Source of the DNA: an uncultured virus (IMG/VR IMGVR_UViG_3300042914_003776)
Lineage: Duplodnaviria; Heunggongvirae; Uroviricota; Caudoviricetes
DNA: 64,000 nucleotides
IMG/VR virus record: IMGVR_UViG_3300042914_003776
Span: 1 to 64,000 of that record
Direction: 5' to 3' (one strand)
Positions 50,281 to 60,127 of this stretch are shown one piece after another. Below the pieces are notes generated by a model. It saw nothing but the letters and a program-made list of their open reading frames with translations. It did not search any database and had not been told where the DNA came from. Within the stretch, counting starts at the first letter, position 1; every line of letters starts with the position of its first letter. A program made the position numbers and the translations under genes.

Positions 50281-50396
50281 TTTTCGTTCCAGAATTGGTT
50301 CCCGACTTGGATCATGACTTGGCTCCCGACTTGGTTCCAGACTTGGTCCACTTGGTTCATGACTTGGTTCACGATTTGACTCTTAACTGATTTCAT
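50277..50396 (-). CDS. QVxx-repeat mini-protein (39 aa)
   Basis: [22 protein letters not shown]...QFWNEK. Confidence 0.68.
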   Translation of the reverse strand: MKSVKSQIVNQVMNQVDQVWNQVGSQVMIQVGNQFWNEK

Positions 50397-51521
50397 TAGC
50401 TCTAAAACTTATCTCTATAAAATGTATATCAGTATTATATAGCTTTCTACAGCCGGATTGCCGGTAAAAAGAGGAAAAAAGTCTATATTTTGGCCCGGGC
50501 ATTATGTCCATATTGTACATTCTAAAATGTTCAGATAAACTCTTCATAAACATGCTCTTTTAATAAATCGTATCCAAGCGGAGGGTGTGTAACAATTATT
50601 CCTGCCTTTATTTCTGTTGATTCGGGTATAAAGTTCCTAAATAAAAAACTATTTCTGCCCAAAGAAACGGCACAATAATATGTTATTAATTCTGTAACAG
50701 GATTCATATTTCATCCCTTAATATAAATTTTAATAATATACTAAAATCAGTCCTGTAATATAGTAGATCATGTATTTTACGAAATTCACAATAACTTCTT
50801 CCAGTTGACACTTCTCTAATTGATATCGTGGTGCTGAATTTACAAGATTTCATATATTATATTCCAATTGATTATATCTATTTTAGGATAAAAAATTTGA
50901 TTTATATTATCCCTTAAATGCTCTCTAGAGGTTTTATTGTAGGTTTTTGCCCATATCCCATATATTATCCTATCCTGCACGATAACTCTAACACTATTCA
51001 TTATTTGACCTGTTCTTTTATCATCTTTCTTAAAGTAAATAATATATCATCAAGCCACACTACATAAGACACACAACAAATATCTATTTTTTGTTTATAA
51101 TTTAATTTTGGAAATATTTTTTCTTTTAATGTTCTAATTTTTTCTCCCTTTTTCTTTAAAACAGGGCCCGGCTTTCTAGGTTTTCTTTCGTAAAAACTTC
51201 CGTATCTTATGCCATAGATTCTGTAGATTATATATCTATTGTAGTACAGATAGTATCAAAAGGCAAGCTCAATAGAGAAAGAAAGATGAGTTGTTTTTAG
51301 GCTATATAAGATAGCTTATGATTTGACGTAAGTCCTTTAGTACCAATACTATATAATAAAACAGTAATATAGAATATAGTATATAAGAATGAAGTATATA
51401 ATAGAGAGTAATAGAAAAGAATATAGAAGGAAATAAAGAACAAAGAACAACAGTGAAGAATAATATTTATGATAAATTTAAACGTCCTCGGTCGGCAGCA
51501 AGTCGCCTGCCAAAATGGCAG

Positions 51522-51589
51522 TGTATCAAAAGCGGACACTTTGTATCATAAGCGAACACTTTGTATCAAAAACGGACACTTTTTATCAA
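51522..51589. repeat. iteron-like 20-bp direct repeats (about 3.5 copies)
   Basis: TGTATCAAAAGCGGACACTT / TGTATCATAAGCGAACACTT / TGTATCAAAAACGGACACTT / TTTATCAA. Confidence 0.85.
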
Positions 51590-51994
51590 TCCTTTTATCA
51601 TTTCACGTATCATCATTGCTTCCCAAGTGATTTCATTAGATGTTTTTTTACTTATTTTTTCCATTCTGGATTCGTATAGGAATTTTTCTATGGATATGTC
51701 TTTTATGCGTACTATATTCATTCTTATTATATCTCTCTATTAGCGTTTTATATCTTGTTTTATGATTCTAAGGATATCTATACTATAATTTGCAGATGTA
51801 CGTATTTTCCACCCTATTTCATTAAAAGGGGAGAATAGATTATAGTAAAAGGGGCGTATTTTATGGGATAGTATCTTCACGTATAGCTCTCCATAGAGTA
51901 TTCACCATTCTACCATATACATTTTTAATAACAATATCTTCTATTGATAAGTTAAATAAAGAAGTATTTACCTTAAAGTGAAGTATTACATTCT

Positions 51995-52276
51995 TCATAT
52001 GTTTACTACTAGATCGGGCTCTAGATTACAATTACCGGTATATACTCTTACTACGTTCTTTTTTAATTTAAAGAAGTAGGAGTCAATTCTAGTCTTATCC
52101 GGGCCTTCTTCCGGGCATGGAACTAAATGATAAATAAACACCCGCCCCCTCTGGATGCCATTACTATTCCATCCTTCATAGAGTGTTACTTTCTCTATGT
52201 ATATTTTAGATGGTTTATTATATTTCCTGTATATAGCATTTAATAGACTGGTCTGTTGTTCTTTAGTCATAGGCAC
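51995..52276 (-). CDS. hypothetical protein
   Basis: 93 aa ORF. Confidence 0.55.
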   Translation of the reverse strand: MPMTKEQQTSLLNAIYRKYNKPSKIYIEKVTLYEGWNSNGIQRGRVFIYHLVPCPEEGPDKTRIDSYFFKLKKNVVRVYTGNCNLEPDLVVNI

Positions 52277-52539
52277 TCCAATATGATTTTAATAATCTCG
52301 GCGTAAATTTTAACTTCTTCCGGGGTACACTCAACACCATTCTCTGCCAGCGTGTTTCTCCATTGTATCAAATCTTGCTTCTGAAGTAAAGATATGCGGG
52401 CTGCATATAATAAGAAATTATCGTCATTTTCTATGTTATTTTTTATCTTTTGGGCCATTTCGTAGCCCTTTTTTAATTGTTTATCGCTTGTTTTAGGAAA
52501 AATCTTTAAAATTCTTTGTTCAAAATGCTCAAAATTCAT
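52267..52539 (-). CDS. hypothetical protein
   Basis: 90 aa with GAGG RBS and upstream TTGACT/TATAAT promoter. Confidence 0.6.
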   Translation of the reverse strand: MNFEHFEQRILKIFPKTSDKQLKKGYEMAQKIKNNIENDDNFLLYAARISLLQKQDLIQWRNTLAENGVECTPEEVKIYAEIIKIILECL

Positions 52540-52803
52540 TATTTTATACCTCTTAGGAGCAATTATAAGCCCAAAACAACAAAAGTCAAGCCTATTTTTT
52601 CAAAAAAGGCCCAAATTTTGCTTATAACGCATTTTTTTAAAATATGACTCAGGAGCCTTGACAACCATAAAAAGTGCGTTAGAATTGAAATATGAAAGTC
52701 AACTGACTGCTCCGTATGGGTCCGCTCTTAATACTAGGAGTTTAACAATTCTGTTTTTTATATAAAGAGAAATTCAACTGACTAATCAGGAATGGGGCGC
52801 TCT

Positions 52804-53073
52804 TTATACTAGGGCCTTAACATCGCCAATAACTATGTCTATTTTTTCCTTTATTTCAGAAATGACATCTTGTTTAGATCGTCCTTCTGTAAAAACGAAA
52901 ATACAAAATACGCCCCGGGCCCTAAGCTGTCTCTCTATTTCGTCATATTGGTCCTTAGAGCAATCACACAGCATATATAAGTTTACCATGTTCTGCTCGA
53001 AAAGTCCACTGAAAATTCTGGACCACATTGGCTTATTTTTTATATAAATATCATAATCAACAATAACGTTCAT
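52804..53073 (-). CDS. hypothetical protein
   Basis: 89 aa ORF. Confidence 0.55.
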   Translation of the reverse strand: MNVIVDYDIYIKNKPMWSRIFSGLFEQNMVNLYMLCDCSKDQYDEIERQLRARGVFCIFVFTEGRSKQDVISEIKEKIDIVIGDVKALV

Positions 53074-53169
53074 TAGAGCACTGCACCCCCCTTCTACAAT
53101 ATAGTAACCGAAATGGGGGCCGTTTTTAACGTTTTTCTGTTGTCTTTTCCTCTTCTTGTGTATATTATA

Positions 53170-53610
53170 TATTGATCGAAGGTCTTTCTAGACTGTATTA
53201 CCTCTGATTAAAATAAAGGCCGTGGACAAGTGGGCTGACGGGAGTCGCCGGTGCTTGTTGGGTTTCCGGTCTTCCCTTATGTATTACGGAATAGAGGAAC
53301 AATAACTATTTATTGTAAAGTTCAGGCCAGTTGGGTAGCCAGACCCGACAGTAACCGCCATCCAAAGTTCAAGGATGGAGCCCGGTGGAACATGTCTCCT
53401 CGCAAGAATGCCGTTGATAGAAGTATTAGTTCCAAATAAACCCTAGCTCTGCTGCGGAGCAACTAGGTGGTTCATGCCCCTTACGGGGTCTCACTAATAC
53501 GATATCAGAACTTGAATCTATAAGACTTTCAATGGGGTTTGTAAAAATACATAGTAATACCTATATAATACATATATAGATATATACTAAGTATCTGATA
53601 CATGAACCTA
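53170..53610. ncRNA. candidate structured non-coding RNA
   Basis: No convincing ORF; several hairpins and long-range complementary pairs; GTGTATATTATA motif at 53158 suggests plus-strand transcription. Confidence 0.4.
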
Positions 53611-53642
53611 AAAACCGGCGGTGTGACCAAAGCTAAAATTTA

Positions 53643-53882
53643 TCATAAATTTACTCTTGGAAACTGAGGTTCGTCGGATTCAAACAGGTGCACCCGGGCC
53701 CATCTCTTGTTGTTAGGAGCCCCATTCTGATAGTCTCCAGCGTCGTTCTTATAAGCTCTACTCCTATAGAACGTAATACTCCCATCGGCCCTGTCATGCC
53801 TTCTCTGATAGACGTAATCACCTATAAGCATGTAAGATACCTCAACCATCTGACCACCATTTTCCGGGGGCGTAATAAACAT
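53643..53882 (-). CDS. hypothetical protein
   Basis: 79 aa with AAGGA RBS. Confidence 0.55.
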   Translation of the reverse strand: MFITPPENGGQMVEVSYMLIGDYVYQRRHDRADGSITFYRSRAYKNDAGDYQNGAPNNKRWARVHLFESDEPQFPRVNL

Positions 53883-53997
53883 ATGTTTTTCCTTTATATA
53901 AAAATGAAATTTAGCTGACTGCTCTCGATAGGTCTGCCCTTAGTAGTAGGGGCTTAACATCCCGTAGATAAAAAAAGGAGAAATGAATCTCCTAAAA

Positions 53998-54068
53998 ATC
54001 CCCCATGCGGAATCGAACCACAATTTCGAAGGTACAAGCTTCGCGTAATACCATTATACCATAAGGGA
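53998..54068 (-). tRNA. tRNA-Thr(UGU)
   Basis: TCCCTTA/TGGGGGA, CGAAG-CTTGTAC-CTTCG, own promoter at 54077-54104. Confidence 0.88.
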
Positions 54069-54550
54069 GTGTATGTATTATACACCAGAAAACCGAAAAG
54101 TCAACTGACTGCTCTAAATAGGTCCGCCCTTATTAATAGGGAAATAACACCCCCTACAAGAGGGGGCGTTTTCAGCTCATGCACCTACGATAAAATTCAT
54201 ATATCTAGGCCGGGCGATCTGTATATTCGAAATATTTTCATACTTCTCAGACAGTTCTTCCCTGCATGCTATTTCATCAACACGGGGGTCATTCTTAACC
54301 CATTCTATGATATCATAAGTAATACCAATAGCTCCAGCCCGTCGTCCGTTAAAAACTACTTCTGTCATTTTATACCCTCTATTGAGTTTCGAATGCGCCC
54401 TGAATTTCTTCAAGGCGCTCTACACGTTCACTAATTTCCTGAAAGAACTTCCTGTCCTGCTGGTAACTATACCATGACATGGCAAAAAGCACAATACATA
54501 AAGCAAGAAATAAGTAAGAAAGACACGACATTATTTGTTCAAACTTCATT

Positions 54551-55105
54551 TTATCCTACTCGCTTTCCACACGGCGAACCGTCGAGCCATTCGCATACGC
54601 CCAAAAATTCTTTCGCAATCCACCCGTTAATAACCATGTTGTTTCTGTCACGACTCAGTTCTAATAGATCTAATATCGTGACCTGACGCTCACGTTGCTT
54701 CTCGTCCTTCTGCCGATACCACCTGCCTCTCAACTCATCTCGGTCTTCCCACGTATACGGCACATACTGCGGAGCGATGCGGCGACGATAGGCAAACCCC
54801 ACGCCTTGCTTTTTGTCGCTCCGAAAGTTAATAGATTTTTCCCATCGGTTGCCGTTTAAGAATTGATCACCTTCCTCTACATCTTCGTCAGGATGCAGCA
54901 ATCGCCAGCCTTCTCCGAGGTCTGGTTCGTCCTTACATTTGCTGCATGGACTGTCTTTCCATTCGCTGATGATTTCCGAGTGATATCTAGACAACATAAC
55001 CCCACTCGCCAAACCCCATACTGTATTACGATTATCTATAGCAACTACTTCGAAAGCATAATCACAGTTTTTTACTTTGTAATTCTGTCCAACTTCAACT
55101 TTCAT
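54551..55105 (-). CDS. hypothetical protein
   Basis: GWRLLHPDEDVEEGDQF...YRRRI...YVPYTW...WLDGSPCG; start after promoter 55149-55177. Confidence 0.6.
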   Translation of the reverse strand: MKVEVGQNYKVKNCDYAFEVVAIDNRNTVWGLASGVMLSRYHSEIISEWKDSPCSKCKDEPDLGEGWRLLHPDEDVEEGDQFLNGNRWEKSINFRSDKKQGVGFAYRRRIAPQYVPYTWEDRDELRGRWYRQKDEKQRERQVTILDLLELSRDRNNMVINGWIAKEFLGVCEWLDGSPCGKRVG

Positions 55106-55148
55106 CCTATACCCCATATCTAAATAGAAAAAAATCTTTAACACACCA

Positions 55149-55177
55149 ATTATAAATATATATCGTATAAAAGTCAA
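55149..55177 (-). promoter_or_regulatory. sigma70-type early promoter
   Basis: TTGACT-N17-TATAAT. Confidence 0.8.
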
Positions 55178-55227
55178 TAGAACATTAGAAGAAAGGGGAA
55201 GAAAGTTATGTACCACCCATAACTACA

Positions 55228-55275
55228 CCCCCCAACAGAGGGGACCCGGCCGGCCCGGCCCCCCCATTCGGGGGA
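55228..55275. repeat. GC-rich twin-hairpin element, copy 1
   Basis: CCCCCC-N-GAGGGG + CCCGGCCGGCCCGG + CCCCCC-N4-GGGGG. Confidence 0.9.
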
Positions 55276-55384
55276 GCCCCTCTCGGGGCTCCTCCTTTTG
55301 GGCTACCGTTCATTTCTGCCAGCTAGTACACCGATGATAAACAAAACAGCAATGAACAAAAATACATGTACACTGCCATCTTGA

Positions 55385-56332
55385 CTATACAGCATTGGCA
55401 TACTCCATAGCTAGCTCCAAGGCAGTATCGTTAGTTTGACCGTTAGGCCCAAACCAGAGCGAACTCATGCGGTTATTAGAGTTACGTGAAGCATCATAGT
55501 TAAGGTACTGATTAACGCTGTTATATGCAGCCCACCAAGTACCGGAAGCGGTCTTCTGATAGTCATGATCGATCAAGTCGATAATGTTGTTCATCGTATT
55601 TTTGGTACGGGTGGACAAATCGGCTTCTTCGACGCGATCCTTACCCAAAACAGCCTTGACGTACTTGCGAACGTCCGATTGGTTGAACATGCGAGAAGCC
55701 AAGAATCGGAACTGTTCGGCAGTCGCCTCAAATTCGGCATCGATATTGTTCATGACTTCATGCAACTTATCGAGAGCCATCTTGCTCGACTTGGTATGTC
55801 GAACGCGAACCAACTTGGAGGCATTAGACCCATGAGCCATTGCCAACGTATTGGCACATACGATACGGATAGGCGTATAGCCTACACGAATCGCCAACGT
55901 ACCATCGTGCGAATTGGACAGCATTAGGTACTTTAGCACCTCGTCGCCTGCAACGATTTCCGAAGGGGCTCGGTTGATCTTAGCCATCACCCAAATACGC
56001 TTTCCCTCATCGAGAGAACCGGCGGTTTCTAGGGCAACTTCGCCCGTTTCGATAAACGGGTTAAACCAACTGAAGGCGTCACGATTCTGGAGCGGTTGGT
56101 ATCGTGGGCCGACCACACCAAGAATCTTTGTAACGTCACCGACTTGACGACAAACCGCATTGGCTGGGGCATCGAGACCCGTCTTAGTTACAAGCGGGAG
56201 CAACGAAACGTCCCAATCAAGCCCGGCTAGCTTGATGCCTTCTTCGATGGTTGGCGGGCCGTCGAGAATCTCGCCCAAACCGTGCCAAGGGGTTTCCGTA
56301 ACGCTGAACATGTTTTCAATCATAGCTGGCAT
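55385..56332 (-). CDS. DUF932-family phage/plasmid protein
   Basis: PWHGLG, AGLDWDV, YQPLQN, ETAGSLDEGKRIW, NSHDG, TPIRIVCANTL, RHT, WAAYNSV. Confidence 0.9.
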   Translation of the reverse strand: MPAMIENMFSVTETPWHGLGEILDGPPTIEEGIKLAGLDWDVSLLPLVTKTGLDAPANAVCRQVGDVTKILGVVGPRYQPLQNRDAFSWFNPFIETGEVALETAGSLDEGKRIWVMAKINRAPSEIVAGDEVLKYLMLSNSHDGTLAIRVGYTPIRIVCANTLAMAHGSNASKLVRVRHTKSSKMALDKLHEVMNNIDAEFEATAEQFRFLASRMFNQSDVRKYVKAVLGKDRVEEADLSTRTKNTMNNIIDLIDHDYQKTASGTWWAAYNSVNQYLNYDASRNSNNRMSSLWFGPNGQTNDTALELAMEYANAV

Positions 56333-56396
56333 AAAGCACCTCTCAAAACAAAAAATAAACTCAACACTCAAATTATAAGGTAAACACAAACAAAAG

Positions 56397-56666
56397 TCAA
56401 TCGAATTCTTCGGAATCTTCTTCGGAATCTTCCGCGAACATCTTATCCCAGCAGGCACCACAAATACCACTGAGAAGCATTTCCCGTTGATCCGCTGGGA
56501 TGTACCATAGGGCGTTTTGAATCAACACGCCACAGTCTTTCCACAGATCGTAGTCTTCCGACATGATTTCGAACTTGACATTCGTACCGCATTGGATACA
56601 ATTACGTGAAATGTCCATTTTGGGTAGTCTAATCATTGCTTTCTCCTTTGTCCTTTCATTGTACAA
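56397..56666 (-). CDS. small zinc-binding protein
   Basis: CIQC...LIQNA...REMLLSGICGACWD. Confidence 0.65.
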   Translation of the reverse strand: MYNERTKEKAMIRLPKMDISRNCIQCGTNVKFEIMSEDYDLWKDCGVLIQNALWYIPADQREMLLSGICGACWDKMFAEDSEEDSEEFD

Positions 56667-56737
56667 TAAATATCGGCAAAGTCAAGGGGCGGGCTTTAAA
56701 AAAAGAAAAAATATTTTATGACCCCCCAGAAGAAGAT

Positions 56738-56785
56738 CCCCCAAAAGAGGGGGCCGGGCCGGCCGGGCCCACCCCAAAGTAGGGT
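56738..56785. repeat. GC-rich twin-hairpin element, copy 2 (core inverted)
   Basis: Core reads CCGGGCCGGCCGGG, the reverse complement of the other copies. Confidence 0.88.
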
Positions 56786-56849
56786 AAAAAATTTTATAAA
56801 AAAAACCTACGATCTCGCTTCACAGCGATACCGTAGGTCACACAAAGGA

Positions 56850-57122
56850 TCAGAAGAAACGACCCAGAAACTTCGGTAATTTCAAATACCATGCCATTCT
56901 ATCGGAATAGTATTTGCGATAACCTTTACGTTCTCTAAGAGTAACTAATTTAGTTCCTCTGAAGAACTCTGGATCATCTTGCCGGTACTTGCTATGCAAG
57001 TTAAGCCGGGCGTATTGTTGCTTAGTTAACTGTTGAATGTCCTCAATCTTACCAACCCTGAAGCTACCACCGTTTACTGGTTGACAATACCAGCACAAGA
57101 TTACATCGTCTTTTTGTACCAT
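56850..57122 (-). CDS. hypothetical protein
   Basis: 90 aa with AGGAG RBS and promoter 57143-57170. Confidence 0.6.
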   Translation of the reverse strand: MVQKDDVILCWYCQPVNGGSFRVGKIEDIQQLTKQQYARLNLHSKYRQDDPEFFRGTKLVTLRERKGYRKYYSDRMAWYLKLPKFLGRFF

Positions 57123-57142
57123 AACTTTCTCCTTATGTCACT

Positions 57143-57170
57143 ATTATACATTATCGGCAAAAGATGTCAA
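57143..57170 (-). promoter_or_regulatory. sigma70-type early promoter
   Basis: TTGACA-TCTTTTGCCGATAATG-TATAAT. Confidence 0.85.
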
Positions 57171-57654
57171 GTACTTTTAGAAAAATCCATGCTAGAAATT
57201 ACCCCAATTAGAATTAAAACAATTAAAAAAATAAATGAAATCATATGAAATCTTTCTTTAGTCTCAATACTTCATAAGTAAGCCCGGTCACCCCTTTAAT
57301 TCTTTGGGGTACGCAAATATTTAATTCTTTTGTTCTTAATGCACCAAACCACCCCTTGTAATATAAAACGACGTTGAGAGTCCAGCCGTCCGGCACGAAA
57401 AATCGCAACCTATCCTTGTTGATATGGTTAACATTATCATAGCGCACAACATAGTCGGAGTCAAGACCTACGGCACGATATGTAACGGGTTTCCATAGCC
57501 ACGATTTGGGCAAATTAACTAAAACCTCATGATGAGATCCCTGCTTTCTAATTAAGACATACGAAAAAAACAATGAACTAAACCACATTTTATTTATCCT
57601 TTATATAAAAAAAGGGGCCCCATTTCTGAGACCCCCCTACTCTGTCGATTTTGC

Positions 57655-57957
57655 TTATTCTTTGTTGTAGACTTTAACGACTTCTACAGCCAAGCCTGAA
57701 ACGGCCTGTGGTGCTTCTAGATCGCCAAGATTAAACTGCAAGCTTGCAGAGGCGTCCTGAGTACCGTCTGTTACGGTATGAACAACGACGTAGTCAGTCT
57801 TTTGTGAAAGTCCTTCTAGAACTACACTATCAACTGCGGCGTCTAGCGTGACTTCAGATACAACACCGCCATCAACGGTCTTGAGCACAACCACCTGAGA
57901 AACAACATCTTGCGAAACCGACAAAACCCAACTTACTTTTACATCTGCTACCATCAT
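57655..57957 (-). CDS. Ig/fibronectin-III-like small protein
   Basis: VKVSW...LEGLSQKTDYVV...APQAVSGL beta-sandwich pattern; AGGAG RBS. Confidence 0.55.
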   Translation of the reverse strand: MMVADVKVSWVLSVSQDVVSQVVVLKTVDGGVVSEVTLDAAVDSVVLEGLSQKTDYVVVHTVTDGTQDASASLQFNLGDLEAPQAVSGLAVEVVKVYNKE

Positions 57958-58205
57958 AGATAAATCTCCTTAAAATAAAAAAGTGAAAGCCTACTATATA
58001 ATACCCAAAAACCGGGCACTATAATATTATTTTATAATAAAGATTCCACTTCGGAAAGAGTTAATAGCAGACTCATGGTGTCGTTCATTACATTAGCGTG
58101 CCATTCCCCACGTAACTTAACGAAACGGGTACAAGTGTACTCCGAGTTACCCGAACCTTCGGTGAAAACAACAATTTTACTACCAATGCCAAAAAGTTTC
58201 ATAAA

Positions 58206-58487
58206 CTATTCTCCTGAACCCTGTAATAAGTTTGACTCTTCTATTGTATCGTCTTGATCTTCTTTGTCAAGCTCGTCAATAAAATTTTCTATAGCATAAT
58301 CAAAAGTTGGTCCGATAGAAGGATACATACTATAAACGTTGTCGTCAACCAACGATCCCCCAGCCTTCCATCGTTCATATTCTTCGGGCGCATAATCTTT
58401 AATAAACTGCTTAATAGACTTATAATCACGCATAAAGTTATTAAACATATCCTGCATTTCATCTGGATCTAAACCTAAGTAGCTCAT
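58206..58487 (-). CDS. hypothetical acidic protein
   Basis: 93 aa, promoter 58518-58546. Confidence 0.6.
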   Translation of the reverse strand: MSYLGLDPDEMQDMFNNFMRDYKSIKQFIKDYAPEEYERWKAGGSLVDDNVYSMYPSIGPTFDYAIENFIDELDKEDQDDTIEESNLLQGSGE

Positions 58488-58728
58488 ACTATATCCTTTA
58501 TTAAAGTATTTACCTTAATTATACACTAGGGGCCGACTATTGTCAAGAGCAAAAACTAAAATCCTACTGACTATTTTCCGTCACGGTCGCCCCTATTATT
58601 AGGGGGATAACAGCCCCAGAAATAGGTTCTTGAAAAACACAACCGTAATAACAAAAAAAGAAACATAAGTCCAGATAATAGAAATAATCTGAATAATTAA
58701 GCTGACTGCTCTCATATTGTCCTCCAGT

Positions 58729-58756
58729 ATTATACTATATCGGCCTTTACTGTCAA
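58729..58756 (-). promoter_or_regulatory. sigma70-type early promoter
   Basis: TTGACA-GTAAAGGCCGATATAG-TATAAT. Confidence 0.85.
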
Positions 58757-58787
58757 TAGCTTGAGAATATTTTTTCTTTATTTTAAG

Positions 58788-58836
58788 CCCCACTTTAGAG
58801 GGGGCCCGGCCGGCCCGGTCCCCCCTTTCGGGGGGA
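58788..58836. repeat. GC-rich twin-hairpin element, copy 3
   Basis: Same architecture as copy 1. Confidence 0.9.
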
Positions 58837-59190
58837 TCTTGGTGGCATACATAAAAAAAGGGGCCCTCCGTCGAGAGCCCCTAAGTTATAGTTATATGTT
58901 TGGCTTGTAGCTTACCGCAGTATCTACAATTTTTAAACTCTTGCGAGTGCCAGATTCTTAATCACTCACCACTATTTTTTCTCTTTCAAGTGGGTCAAGG
59001 TGGGCGAATTATTAGGTTTATCCCGAAACCGGATGTTTAAAGTTGTCCCAAAACCGGCCTTTTTACCTCACCGAGAGGCGTTTTAGGTTGTCGCTAACCG
59101 GATGCCTCGCCATCGGCCCAAATGGCATTTACTTTTTAACGTGACAAAGGCTAACGACACGGATGGTTAAGCCATCAGCTTTCCGGAAGT

Positions 59191-59230
59191 TGCTAGTGCT
59201 GGAATCGAACCAACATACAACCATTCTAGC
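59191..59230 (-). ncRNA. tRNA minihelix-like element
   Basis: GCTAG...GTTGG-TTCGATT-CCAGC-ACTAGC-A, no D or anticodon arm. Confidence 0.45.
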
Positions 59231-59435
59231 AAACGGCTATTCGCTGCATTACCACGTTGCCAACGTCTCCCATTTTTGCTTCATATGCAAATAGGATGCT
59301 GGGATTTTGCACCCTTGTTTTAACGAGAAGAAGGGCCCTTTTTCTAATTCTCCGACCAGCTCTAGACTGGATTGGCAGCTTCTCTTCCTCTCTTTTTATT
59401 ATACCACTATCTTTATCGTTGTCAAGTACAAACTA

Positions 59436-59672
59436 TCAAAATCCTACGAATTCCATCTCAAGATCAATAGAAGCCAGTCTAGCTATTGAACCATTTTTAA
59501 GTTTAGCTGTTACTTCACCGGTTGAGTCACAAATGGATTGAATTTCAGCATCTTCTAAATCTTGTTCCGTATACGATACATCTTCCAATTCAGCATCATC
59601 AATCCATGCGGTTCCATCATTGCAGTAATAGTCAGCCCTGATTGAATACTTCCAGCCGTTGATTGGTTTCAT
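59436..59672 (-). CDS. hypothetical acidic protein
   Basis: 78 aa ORF. Confidence 0.55.
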   Translation of the reverse strand: MKPINGWKYSIRADYYCNDGTAWIDDAELEDVSYTEQDLEDAEIQSICDSTGEVTAKLKNGSIARLASIDLEMEFVGF

Positions 59673-59682
59673 TGTTAGCCCT

Positions 59683-59898
59683 TTATGGATCTTCGTTTTC
59701 TAGCGTTTCAGTATCGTAATCTTCTAGCTCTAAATTAAGAGCCTTTGCGATGATTTCACAGTCCCAAGCCATCATATCGAAACCCTCTAGACCCTCATCC
59801 GTGCTATAATCCCAAACTCCGTCAAGAGCGTCATAGCATGAATTTCGTAGGCGCTGTAATGCGTCTTTGACTTCTTTCAATTTTTCTGTGTCAATCAT
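59683..59898 (-). CDS. hypothetical acidic protein
   Basis: MIDTEKLKEV...; the longer track start overlaps the tRNA-like RNA. Confidence 0.55.
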   Translation of the reverse strand: MIDTEKLKEVKDALQRLRNSCYDALDGVWDYSTDEGLEGFDMMAWDCEIIAKALNLELEDYDTETLENEDP

Positions 59899-59924
59899 AA
59901 TATACCTTTCTAAAGTAAAAAAGC

Positions 59925-60106
59925 GGGGAATGGTTGGATTCGAACCAACATAAAGGCTTGATGATTGCCCCAAGACTTTTTAGATATTTTCTCTCGCGTC
60001 CATCACTGGGATTCATCACTTCCACATTTCCGACGCGATACCTTTTTTCTAAAAATTCTTGACCGTAGGTTTAATGCTACGTGCTTTGCCGTTAAGCTAC
60101 ATCCCC
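59925..60106 (-). ncRNA. giant tRNA-like RNA (about 180 nt) with a large rod-shaped insert
   Basis: GGGGATG/CATTCCC acceptor, D arm GCTT-AACGGCA-AAGC, T arm GTTGG-TTCGAAT-CCAAC; own promoter at 60120-60147. Confidence 0.75.
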
Positions 60107-60127
60107 GTGTTGTTCTTCTATTATACA

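Noticed and set aside
44535..50396. Diversity-generating retroelement
   Set aside because: No reverse transcriptase or template/variable repeat pair in the window, and adenines in CAA are invariant; only the NNC codon pattern is suggestive
53170..53610. RNase P RNA or group I intron
   Set aside because: Could not find the GAGGAAAGTCC / AACAGAA..CGGC P4 elements or group I P7 motifs
60067..60078. Ochre suppressor tRNA (TTA in the loop of the giant tRNA-like RNA) or stop-codon recoding
   Set aside because: Loop is 8 nt without U33 geometry, and genes end normally at TAA, TAG and TGA with no fragmentation
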